Assembly: GCA_043778575.1 (NCBI GenBank) | Contig: JAYWFX010000021.1 | Coordinates: 1 to 35,980, forward strand | Length of the DNA: 35,980 nt | Direction of reading: 5' to 3' | Source of the DNA: a bacterium | GTDB lineage: Bacteria > Patescibacteriota > JACMRA01 | Part shown: positions 9,765-18,603 of the stretch, one piece after another | How positions within the stretch are numbered: position 1 is the stretch's first letter | How the letters are laid out: each line of letters begins with the position of its first letter | Notes under the pieces: model-generated | What the model was told of the DNA's origin: nothing | Seen by the model: the letters and a program-made list of their open reading frames with translations, nothing else | Databases searched by the model: none | Translations under genes and position numbers: made by a program

Positions 9765-10037
9765 ATGTCACTACCACTCCTGAGAAAACAATTACAGATG
9801 CTCGATGACAGTTTGTTATTTTTATTGAGCCAAAGAAGACGAATAGTGGAGCAAGTCGCAAAAGAAAAACAACCCCTCAATCTACCAGCCCTCAATCCTC
9901 ACGTCGCCCATGAAAAAGAGATCAGACTGTTGGAAACTGGACTTGAATTAGGCCTATCAGCAGATTTGGTTCAAAAAGTATGGCATGTAATCCACGAAGA
10001 CTCGGTAAATATGCAACGAGAAATATTTAAAACATAA
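9765..10037 (+). CDS. Chorismate mutase type II (AroQ fold)
   Basis: LRKQL..LD..LL.LL.QR......VAKEK and C-terminal IHEDSVNMQ; 90 aa. Confidence 0.8.
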   Translation: MSLPLLRKQLQMLDDSLLFLLSQRRRIVEQVAKEKQPLNLPALNPHVAHEKEIRLLETGLELGLSADLVQKVWHVIHEDSVNMQREIFKT

Positions 10038-10049
10038 CAAACTACTATT

Positions 10050-10964
10050 ATGACAAACAATTTTCTTCCCATAGCTTTTCTTCAAAACACCTTCATACCC
10101 TTTGACCAAGCTAACATATCTATCGCTACTCACGCACTGCATTATGGTACTGCGGCTTTTGGTGGGCTCAGAGGTAAAATCGATCCACAAAATTCGAGCC
10201 AAGCCTTACTGTTTAGATTAGACAAGCACGCCGAAAGACTTTCACAAAGTGGTATGTTTCTAGGGTATGACGTGAGTGCATCGTTTATCCAGCAAACAAT
10301 TATAGATTTTGTTGAGAGAAACAAACCTGTAGATGATTTTTATATTCGACCACTTGTTTATACTTCTGATCTAGGAATTACCCCTCGACTACATGATGTA
10401 GAAAAAGACTTTTTGATTTACGGATTGTATTTTGGTAGCTACTTTGCAGATAAGGGATTGCGGGTGTGTTTTTCATCTTGGCAAAGACAGTCAGACAGTA
10501 GTATGCCCCTTCGAGGTAAAGTATCTGGTGCTTATATCACCTCAGCCCTTGCAAAAACCGAAGCATACGCACGTGGATATGACGAAGCAATTTTTTTGAA
10601 TGCAAGTGGAAAAGTCTCTGAGGCATCCGCCATGAATCTCTTTATAGTAAAAAATGGTGTACTCATTACACCTGACGCCAACCAAGACATTTTAGAGGGT
10701 ATAACTCGCCGAAGTATCATAGAAATAGCAGATAATCTCGGTATCAAAGTAGTTCAAAGAGTGGTAGATAAAACCGAACTAATCACAGCTGATGAGTTTT
10801 TTTTATGCGGCACAGGAGCAAAACTCGTAAAAGTTTCCGCGGTGGAACAATACAAACTCAGTGATACAACTCCTATATTTGAAAAGCTTGTAGACGAAAT
10901 AAACTCCATAACCAATGGTCAAAGATCTGATTACGCAGATTGGATAACACACGTCCCTATATAA
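10050..10964 (+). CDS. ilvE: Branched-chain amino-acid aminotransferase (PLP fold IV)
   Basis: HALHYG, FRLDKH..RL, YIRP, PLP lysine in GKVSGAY, EASAMNLF, ILEGITR, ADEFFLCGT. Confidence 0.93.
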   Translation: MTNNFLPIAFLQNTFIPFDQANISIATHALHYGTAAFGGLRGKIDPQNSSQALLFRLDKHAERLSQSGMFLGYDVSASFIQQTIIDFVERNKPVDDFYIRPLVYTSDLGITPRLHDVEKDFLIYGLYFGSYFADKGLRVCFSSWQRQSDSSMPLRGKVSGAYITSALAKTEAYARGYDEAIFLNASGKVSEASAMNLFIVKNGVLITPDANQDILEGITRRSIIEIADNLGIKVVQRVVDKTELITADEFFLCGTGAKLVKVSAVEQYKLSDTTPIFEKLVDEINSITNGQRSDYADWITHVPI

Positions 10965-10972
10965 AAACATGT

Positions 10973-12109
10973 ATGCCCACCTATACAAACACACATATAT
11001 TTTCCGCTGATAATCAAGAATCACAAATAATTGTAGGGAATGATATTTTTGAATCTTTTTTTAGCAATGTAGATCTCAGTGTTTATTCTTCGTTTTTTAT
11101 CATTACAGACTCAAATGTAGGAGCGATTTATCTGAATAAACTAATGGAAATAATGAAAAAGATATATATAAATAAAAAGGTTTACTCCGTAGTTCTGCCT
11201 GCTGGTGAGGAACACAAAAACCTAGACTCCCTCAACACAATCTGGACTAGTATGCTGAGCTCAGGAATCGATCGCAAATCTCTAGTTATCAATCTCGGTG
11301 GTGGGGTAATTACAGACATGGGGGCTTTTGCAGCGTCTACATATATGAGAGGTGTAGATTTTATCAATATTCCTACCACACTACTTTCACAGGTTGACGC
11401 AAGTGTCGGCGGTAAAACAGGCGTAGATTTTCATGAGGTAAAAAACATTATTGGTTGCTTTTCCCTAGCTAAATATGTACTGGTTGACACAGAGACACTT
11501 TCTACACTACCAAAGCGAGAGGTTTTGTCGGGGCTAGCAGAAATAATCAAACATGGTTTATTGGCAGAAAATATTTCCTTTGGGTCTAATTATTTATCTC
11601 AAATTAACCAGTATATAGAGGATCCAAACCAAGAACTGTTAGAGACACTTATCAATGAATCTATCAAACTAAAGATTGCAGTCTGCAAACTCGACCCACA
11701 AGAAAAACTCGGAATACGCAAGATCCTCAATTTAGGACATACCATTGGTCACGCCATAGAAAGTTTTAGTTTGAAACATGACGAATCCGACTATCTGAGA
11801 CACGGTGAATGTGTAGCTATAGGAATCATTACTGAATCAAAAATATCCAAAGAAAAAGGATTGCTAACTCAAAATGATGTAGATAACATCCATACCATCA
11901 TCAAACGATCAGGATTACCAACAACCTACCACATACAGTCTGAAGAAAACCTTGATGAAATCCTCGGGCTTCTCAAAAACGACAAAAAAAACACCGCTGA
12001 TATAATACAGTTTGTACTACTAAAAACCAATGATAGACAACAAATAGTAGCAGAATGGGGAGTAGAAGTAGATGAAAATATTATCAGAAATATACTCTTT
12101 ACGGATTAG
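10973..12109 (+). CDS. aroB: 3-dehydroquinate synthase
   Basis: GEEHK, LGGGVITD, RGVDFINIPTTLLSQVDASVGGKTG, KN, AEIIKH, LNLGHTIGHAIE, HGECVA, DKK; ATG 10973 preferred. Confidence 0.97.
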   Translation: MPTYTNTHIFSADNQESQIIVGNDIFESFFSNVDLSVYSSFFIITDSNVGAIYLNKLMEIMKKIYINKKVYSVVLPAGEEHKNLDSLNTIWTSMLSSGIDRKSLVINLGGGVITDMGAFAASTYMRGVDFINIPTTLLSQVDASVGGKTGVDFHEVKNIIGCFSLAKYVLVDTETLSTLPKREVLSGLAEIIKHGLLAENISFGSNYLSQINQYIEDPNQELLETLINESIKLKIAVCKLDPQEKLGIRKILNLGHTIGHAIESFSLKHDESDYLRHGECVAIGIITESKISKEKGLLTQNDVDNIHTIIKRSGLPTTYHIQSEENLDEILGLLKNDKKNTADIIQFVLLKTNDRQQIVAEWGVEVDENIIRNILFTD

Positions 12110-12132
12110 GGAAACTGTGCAGTGATTTACGA

Positions 12133-13047
12133 ATGAGTTTAGGAAAATTGAAAACTTTCGTGCAGATACTTGGTGTGATTAGTATGATACTTATGATCAT
12201 AGCTGGTACACTTTACCTCAACAACACATCGCAATCACGATTAAAACCACTAGAGTCCAAAAAAGATATCGTCTACGGAGTTACAGATTCAAAAGGCGTT
12301 TTCGATAAAAATCAAAATATAATATATGAAAGTGTGTATTGGAAATGGAATGACGAGCCAGTTACGAGTATCAATGAAAAGGTTGATACTATAACAAAAA
12401 AGACCCGTACACCGATAATCATGGTCGAGCCATGGCTAAAAAATGAATCTAGTGTATTTATTTTTAATAAAATTATCGAGGGAAACTATCTCAAAATAAT
12501 CGAAACATTTTGTGCAAACATCGAATCTAAAAAAACTCCTGTACTAGTATCATTCGGTCACGGTATGGATCTGGCAAATTCTAAATACCCATGGTCAAAC
12601 GATGATGGAAGTGGATATATCATGGGATACAAATACTTCGTAAATAAGTGTAAAGCTAAGACCAATTACGCAAAGTATATATGGAGTCCAGATGGATCAG
12701 GATATGTAGATAAATACTATCCCGGCAAAAACTTTGTAGATATAATAGGGCTCAGTGTCACAGCAGACGAAAAACTTGATGATAAAACCTTTAAAGGTCT
12801 GTTTAATGATAAATATGCCCGGATCAAAAACTACAAGCAGCCTGTTATGATAACCCAACTAGGAGTCAGCGGTACACCTAAATATCAAAGAGAATGGCTA
12901 GATGAAGCCAAGAGAATTATCCTCGACAAAGATCTGCAACGATACTTGACAGCCGTGATTTACAACCAAGATGTAGACAAATCAGGAACGAAATACACCC
13001 TAGACCCAGTTTATATAATACCATCTCAATATTTTCCATTTCAATAA
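12133..13047 (+). CDS. Membrane-anchored GH26-family protein, probably catalytically inactive
   Basis: N-terminal TM; GH26 patterns VEPW, FGHGMD (canonical HEM), YPW, IWSP, YYPG.NFVDIIGLS, PVMITQLG (canonical I.E.G). Confidence 0.8.
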   Translation: MSLGKLKTFVQILGVISMILMIIAGTLYLNNTSQSRLKPLESKKDIVYGVTDSKGVFDKNQNIIYESVYWKWNDEPVTSINEKVDTITKKTRTPIIMVEPWLKNESSVFIFNKIIEGNYLKIIETFCANIESKKTPVLVSFGHGMDLANSKYPWSNDDGSGYIMGYKYFVNKCKAKTNYAKYIWSPDGSGYVDKYYPGKNFVDIIGLSVTADEKLDDKTFKGLFNDKYARIKNYKQPVMITQLGVSGTPKYQREWLDEAKRIILDKDLQRYLTAVIYNQDVDKSGTKYTLDPVYIIPSQYFPFQ

Positions 13048-13076
13048 CTCTACTAGCAAACTCAATAAATACGATT

Positions 13077-14864
13077 ATGAATAAACCAAAAATTATAGAT
13101 ACGGTACTATACCTTTTTTCACTAGGATTTGTAGTGTATTTACTCAGCATTCACACCATAACAAGCACAGCATTATATCTAGGAAGCAAACCAACTAAAT
13201 GGATACTCTTTGGATCAATAGCAATCACTCTGGTGTATTCTGTAGTTTCATTTATCATGATCAGCAAAAAGCGTATTTTTGGATGGCTCGGTGTAGTGCC
13301 TCTGTTTTTGATCTGCTTGAGTTTCTTGTATGGAGTTACTGTAAATCACCAACTATATGATATTTCATTTGATGGTCAGGCATATCATGGAGAAGCAATC
13401 GTCACGATTATCGAAGGCTGGAATCCAGTAAAAAACCCTACTAGTAAAGGCGTTAATCAGTACGTTGATAATTTAAAATTTGATAGCTGGCTCGATTCGT
13501 ACCCAAAGACAATGTGGTACAATAGTGCTATCACATATGATCTAACCAAGGATTTTCGAGACGTAAAGTTTTTCAATTTTTCAATTATTTTTGCTGGCTT
13601 TGCAATTGCATATCTCAGCCTAAAAGACATACAATTCACTACAAAAACTGAATATAATTATCTTATTGCTTCAATACTTTCCTTGCTAATAGTTGCAAAT
13701 CCAATTGCAATCGTACAGTCAACCACAGCTAGTTTAGATGGTGTTTTATATTTTTTGATAGTAATTTTGTGTGGGGTATTATTCCAGATATATAAAGAGT
13801 TTGAAAATCCATCAACCCAAAAGTACCTAAACTATTTTAATCTAGGTGCGACATTTATCATACTTTCAAACATAAAGCTAGCTGGGATGATCTACGGGCT
13901 ATTATTTATATCCAGTTTTGGATTACTAGTGCTGCTTATTAAATCAAGACATCTGATTGAATTGGCTACAGTATCTATTATCTCCTTGTTTTTAGCTGTA
14001 GTAGTCTTTGGTTTTAATCCATACATCACCAATGCAATTGACTACAAAAACCCTCTATATCCAGTTTTTGGACCAAACGCAATTAGTTTCCAAGAAAATA
14101 CACCATCAAACTACAGAGATAAATCGAATCTTGAAGTTTTTGCTGGGGGGTTATTTTTTAAATCTAGTGATGTATTTCCAGACGCTGATTCTGGAGAACC
14201 TGCAGAGTTAAAACTACCGTTTACGGTTTATGACTCTGAGTTAAAATCATTTGCGAATCCGCAGATTAAAAAAGGTGGTCTTGGTTTGTTTACTGGAGGA
14301 ATTACCATATTAGTTTTGATATGTTTTATTTGTACTCTAATTTATAATTATCACGACGTACTCAACCACAATCACCACGACTCAGGAAAACAGAATTCAA
14401 GAGTTTTAAAAAAGATATTTATACCCATTTTTATATTTGGAGTGTTTTTTATCTCATTTATACTGACTAAAACCAGTAGCACGCTCAGGTATATTCCCCA
14501 TATTTGGTTGTTGTTCGTTATGATACTGGCTTTTGGATTATATACTAAAAACCTACAACTAAAGATATTTTCGGTTGTGATAATAGCAATTTGTTTCATC
14601 AATACGATTACTATGGCATCCACTTACTTTGACAATCAAATCAAAATTAGTAGCACAGTCACATCAACATTTAATCAAATGCGATTCTCTGGGGATAATT
14701 ACCAGCTATACTACGGCTACTCATCTTCTCTCAGGCAGTACATGTACGATAATCAAATTTCAACTGTCGGTAGCACTCAACTGCAAGATGATTGTTGGTA
14801 TACTCAGAATCCATTTTATCAATTGAGCTATAGTCTAGTTCAAGTCTGTGTACTAAAAAAATAA
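13077..14864 (+). CDS. Multipass membrane protein, GT-C-like glycosyltransferase candidate
   Basis: About 12-13 hydrophobic helices; Asp in first external loop (SFDGQAYH), YPK, NIKLAG, YITN...YKNPLYP, LRYIP. Confidence 0.55.
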   Translation: MNKPKIIDTVLYLFSLGFVVYLLSIHTITSTALYLGSKPTKWILFGSIAITLVYSVVSFIMISKKRIFGWLGVVPLFLICLSFLYGVTVNHQLYDISFDGQAYHGEAIVTIIEGWNPVKNPTSKGVNQYVDNLKFDSWLDSYPKTMWYNSAITYDLTKDFRDVKFFNFSIIFAGFAIAYLSLKDIQFTTKTEYNYLIASILSLLIVANPIAIVQSTTASLDGVLYFLIVILCGVLFQIYKEFENPSTQKYLNYFNLGATFIILSNIKLAGMIYGLLFISSFGLLVLLIKSRHLIELATVSIISLFLAVVVFGFNPYITNAIDYKNPLYPVFGPNAISFQENTPSNYRDKSNLEVFAGGLFFKSSDVFPDADSGEPAELKLPFTVYDSELKSFANPQIKKGGLGLFTGGITILVLICFICTLIYNYHDVLNHNHHDSGKQNSRVLKKIFIPIFIFGVFFISFILTKTSSTLRYIPHIWLLFVMILAFGLYTKNLQLKIFSVVIIAICFINTITMASTYFDNQIKISSTVTSTFNQMRFSGDNYQLYYGYSSSLRQYMYDNQISTVGSTQLQDDCWYTQNPFYQLSYSLVQVCVLKK

Positions 14865-14868
14865 CTAT

Positions 14869-16473
14869 ATGAACAACACCAAACCCAAAAATACACTTCA
14901 AAACAACTTCAAATATAACTATATTGTGGAAGATCCTAGTGGAATCAGATTTCTCAATGTTTTTGCGTTCTTTTCTTTTCTTTGTGCTATTTATGGATTT
15001 GTGCAGTTTCTAGCTCTGGATATTTGGTACGCTGTTTTATTTGGACCACTATTTTCAGTGTTGTTTATCAGTAAGTTATCGACATTTCTCATTAATAGTT
15101 TCTACCCAGAATTTAGTGTAGCCAAACATCAAAATTTTATACTCGATTTTTGGGACAAAAACCCCACCAAACCAACTGTGGACATCATGCTACCAATTGC
15201 AGGAGAGTCAATAGAAGTATTGAAAGAAACTTGGGAGGCTGTAAACAATATTCAGTATCCGAACTGTCGGGTCTATATCCTAGACGATGCTGGTGATAAT
15301 CAGGCAGCAGAATTAGCTCAGAAATTTGGATTTACGTATATTCACAGACCAAACAAAGGTGAGTGGAAAAAGTCGGGAAATATCAAACATGGTTATGAGT
15401 CATCAGCTGGAGAATATGTTGTTATTTTTGATGCAGATTTTCGCCCAATACCTGAAGCACTAATCGAATCTCTACCCTATATCATCTCAAACAGTGAAAT
15501 TGGTATTTTGCAGACACCTCAATATTTTCACACAGACACTGAAACAAATAAAAATTCCCCTATTGAATATGGTGCAGGAGCAGTTATCGAAGATTTTTAT
15601 AGAGTTGTAATGCCTTCACGTGCTCGTTTTGGAAATGCTATGTGTGTAGGAACCAGTGCTATCTACCGACGAAAAGCAATAATCGAGTCTGGTATGCCAC
15701 TTGTAGATCACACCGAAGACGTAAGACAGGGTCTATTGACCTACAACCAAGGGTATCACGTCAGCTATATCCCAGTAATTATCAGTCAAGGTGTCTGCCC
15801 AAACAAGATGGATTCCTACATCAAACAGCAAATGCGTTGGGCATATGGTAGTTTTGAGACGATATTTAGTCATTATTTCACACAAGCAAAACTCGATAAT
15901 TGGAGTAAGTTCAACTATTTAACTTCGTTTCTATATTATTTATCAGAAGCTTTTGCGCCACTGCTTTCAATTCAAATTCTGTGCTTACTGTATTTCAACA
16001 CGGAAACACTGCGACTCAGTTGGGCAATTCCGTTTGTTCCGTTTATTTTTTATCAACTTGTATTGAAACCAAAATTTACCCTGAACAAAAATCTTTCTGG
16101 TATTAAAATTGTTGGCTTAGCACATACATTTATCTATAGCACTGCCCTTGTTCGCCTACTTCTCGGCAAAAAACTCGATTGGGAAGCAACAAATGCTCAA
16201 AATCAAAATAATAAAGGGGATGTGGCACAAATAGTTCGAACATCATCTCTAATATTCACAATATTTTACATTGTTGCATTTTTAGCTATTTTGATAGTAA
16301 AGCCCTATATTTTATTGAATTTTGAGACATATATTATCTTAGCGTTTTGTGTCTATCGTATAGTAAATTATGTCAGATTTACTCATTTTCAACTCACTGT
16401 TGACAAGGGAACGATTGAGGAAAAAGTTAGTGAATTGCAGAAATCCAAAAAAATTGCTCAGATAAACACATAA
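14869..16473 (+). CDS. Processive GT2 cellulose-synthase-like beta-glucan synthase, no PilZ domain
   Basis: 2 N-terminal TMs; ILDD, KKSGN, FDADF, QTPQ, HTED, QQMRW (D,D,D,QxxRW); about 5 C-terminal TMs. Confidence 0.92.
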   Translation: MNNTKPKNTLQNNFKYNYIVEDPSGIRFLNVFAFFSFLCAIYGFVQFLALDIWYAVLFGPLFSVLFISKLSTFLINSFYPEFSVAKHQNFILDFWDKNPTKPTVDIMLPIAGESIEVLKETWEAVNNIQYPNCRVYILDDAGDNQAAELAQKFGFTYIHRPNKGEWKKSGNIKHGYESSAGEYVVIFDADFRPIPEALIESLPYIISNSEIGILQTPQYFHTDTETNKNSPIEYGAGAVIEDFYRVVMPSRARFGNAMCVGTSAIYRRKAIIESGMPLVDHTEDVRQGLLTYNQGYHVSYIPVIISQGVCPNKMDSYIKQQMRWAYGSFETIFSHYFTQAKLDNWSKFNYLTSFLYYLSEAFAPLLSIQILCLLYFNTETLRLSWAIPFVPFIFYQLVLKPKFTLNKNLSGIKIVGLAHTFIYSTALVRLLLGKKLDWEATNAQNQNNKGDVAQIVRTSSLIFTIFYIVAFLAILIVKPYILLNFETYIILAFCVYRIVNYVRFTHFQLTVDKGTIEEKVSELQKSKKIAQINT

Positions 16474-16508
16474 CTTGCTCATTATAAAAACAATTCAAGC
16501 TAAATTAT

Positions 16509-18572
16509 ATGGGGAAAAGAAATATTACTATTATCATTTTCACAGTTTCACTTTTTACCCTATTAGTTACAACTGTTTTTGTAAAAAATATGCTGAGAAA
16601 CCAAACTGAATTGCCAAACAAGCAATCAATAGTCAACAACGAAAAAGATACTACAACCCAAACAAAACTAGTGGTACCAAAAAAAAACAGGGGCAACCCA
16701 AATACATTTCCCTTTTATAGTGAATCTGTAGCTGATGAAAGTGCACGAAATAGCTTATACATCAAAGATACCTTAAGACAATACCCTATTCCCACAAACA
16801 GAATTTGGAGTTCGGTGGTGTTTAGTGGTAAAGTGCTTGGCTTATTTACATTTCCTCTGGCTTTTCAATCTATTGATGGTGGTCTAGCTCTCACTTCGCC
16901 AAACAAAAAAGTCGAGGACAAAACGGTATTTGGTCAAATTGGTAATCAATTCCTAAAAATCACAGGAGAGAAACCAGTTACAACTGTACGTGTGGAATCC
17001 TACTCAGATATTTCTGTCGAGCTAGTTTTTCAGGATGAGGCAACAAAAGATGTATTTTCAGCTATAATCACCCAAGGATCTCCATACATTTATATTCAGC
17101 CAATCCAAAAACAGCTCACCATTAAATCAAGTGATTATAGTCTCAAAGACAACAATATTTATCAGAACAACAGTCGATATTTTGGTGTTTTCACTGATGG
17201 TGAAGTAGTACGCAGTGCTGACAATCTAACTATTAATTTTAATAACCCACACACACAATACCTCACACTCGGATTTTTTAATAAACCTGAGCTATACAAT
17301 GAAATTTCTCAGTACGCCCAAAATCGCTTTCAAAATGTATATTTTAACAATTCAAATGAGAATCAGTTTGATATAAAGTATCATCCAAAATCATCCACGA
17401 ATCAAACGATATTTGGTTTACTTCCACACCAACAAATTACGAACAACACTAACAACACACCACTATTTGAAGTAGAAACAATCAGAGGTGTCCAAAAGTT
17501 TTACAAAATCTCCAATACAATCTCATTTGCAACGCCAAAACAAATGCTCGAAGTTAATCTAGAGCTCAAACCTGAAATCCTAGAAAAAAATAAGCAACTG
17601 CTGTATAAAACACTTGATGATGATGTAAAAGGTTTGGTTGATTTACCCAAAGGCAGTTACTTTGGAGGTAAATACGTAGCTAAAATTGCCAGATTATTGC
17701 AGATCGCTAAACAGCTAAATGATTCTAAAAACTCAACTATATTAGAAGAAAAGCTATACAAAAATCTGAGTGACTGGTTTCAATACTCTGGAGAAGATGA
17801 TCAAAATTATTTTTTATACGACAAAACCATTGGGGGATTAATTGCTCAAAAACCTGAATTTGGATCAGATGAATACAACGATCATCATTTTCACTATGGC
17901 TATTTTGTGTACGCTTCTAGTATTTTAGCTCAGTATAATCCAGACTTCATACTGCAATATGGGAATATGGTAGATTTGCTGATCAAAGACTTTGGTAACA
18001 ATCAGCGATATGATAAACAGTTTCCTTTTAACCGAGCGTTTGACTTTTATGAAGGGCATTCATGGGCATCTGGCAAGCAGACTTTTGCAGATGGAAACAA
18101 CCAAGAATCAAGCTCGGAAGCTATAAATGCTTGGTATGCTGTGTGGCTTTGGGGTAAAACTAGCGGGGATGTAGAAACAGAAAAGCACGGACGGACACTA
18201 TATAATATGGAGGTAGAATCAACGCTACAATACTATTTGAAACCCATAGGCCGAAACCCCTCGACAGGTGTACTATGGGGAGGGAAAGTAGATTATGCCA
18301 CATTCTTTTCAGGAGAAGATTTAAAAATACAAGGAATTCAGCACCTACCCTTTACACCAGGCTCAACCTACTTGTCGCAGAGCAAATCAGTAGTAACAGA
18401 TCTCAATGGTAAATTTGATGAAAGTTGGCTCGACATAGCATATATGTACAGAGGAATCAAACAAGGTATAACAGTAGCACCAGAAAACACACTTAAAACA
18501 ATTACGATTGATGATGGTAACAGCAGGTCAAATATGTATGTCTGGTTATTGTACTGGGAAGGGAAAAAATAA
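16509..18572 (+). CDS. GH81 endo-beta-1,3-glucanase with N-terminal membrane anchor
   Basis: PIPTN..WSS, QGSPY, YFGGK, YNDHHFHYGY, FDFYEGHSWASG, GNNQESSSEA, WGGKVDYATFF, GIQHLPFTP. Confidence 0.93.
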   Translation: MGKRNITIIIFTVSLFTLLVTTVFVKNMLRNQTELPNKQSIVNNEKDTTTQTKLVVPKKNRGNPNTFPFYSESVADESARNSLYIKDTLRQYPIPTNRIWSSVVFSGKVLGLFTFPLAFQSIDGGLALTSPNKKVEDKTVFGQIGNQFLKITGEKPVTTVRVESYSDISVELVFQDEATKDVFSAIITQGSPYIYIQPIQKQLTIKSSDYSLKDNNIYQNNSRYFGVFTDGEVVRSADNLTINFNNPHTQYLTLGFFNKPELYNEISQYAQNRFQNVYFNNSNENQFDIKYHPKSSTNQTIFGLLPHQQITNNTNNTPLFEVETIRGVQKFYKISNTISFATPKQMLEVNLELKPEILEKNKQLLYKTLDDDVKGLVDLPKGSYFGGKYVAKIARLLQIAKQLNDSKNSTILEEKLYKNLSDWFQYSGEDDQNYFLYDKTIGGLIAQKPEFGSDEYNDHHFHYGYFVYASSILAQYNPDFILQYGNMVDLLIKDFGNNQRYDKQFPFNRAFDFYEGHSWASGKQTFADGNNQESSSEAINAWYAVWLWGKTSGDVETEKHGRTLYNMEVESTLQYYLKPIGRNPSTGVLWGGKVDYATFFSGEDLKIQGIQHLPFTPGSTYLSQSKSVVTDLNGKFDESWLDIAYMYRGIKQGITVAPENTLKTITIDDGNSRSNMYVWLLYWEGKK

Positions 18573-18603
18573 ATTTAGGGCGGCAGGCAAGCTGGCGAAA
18601 AAA

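Noticed and set aside
18573-18603. Terminator between GH81 and aroD
   Set aside because: The GC-rich segment forms only a weak mismatched stem
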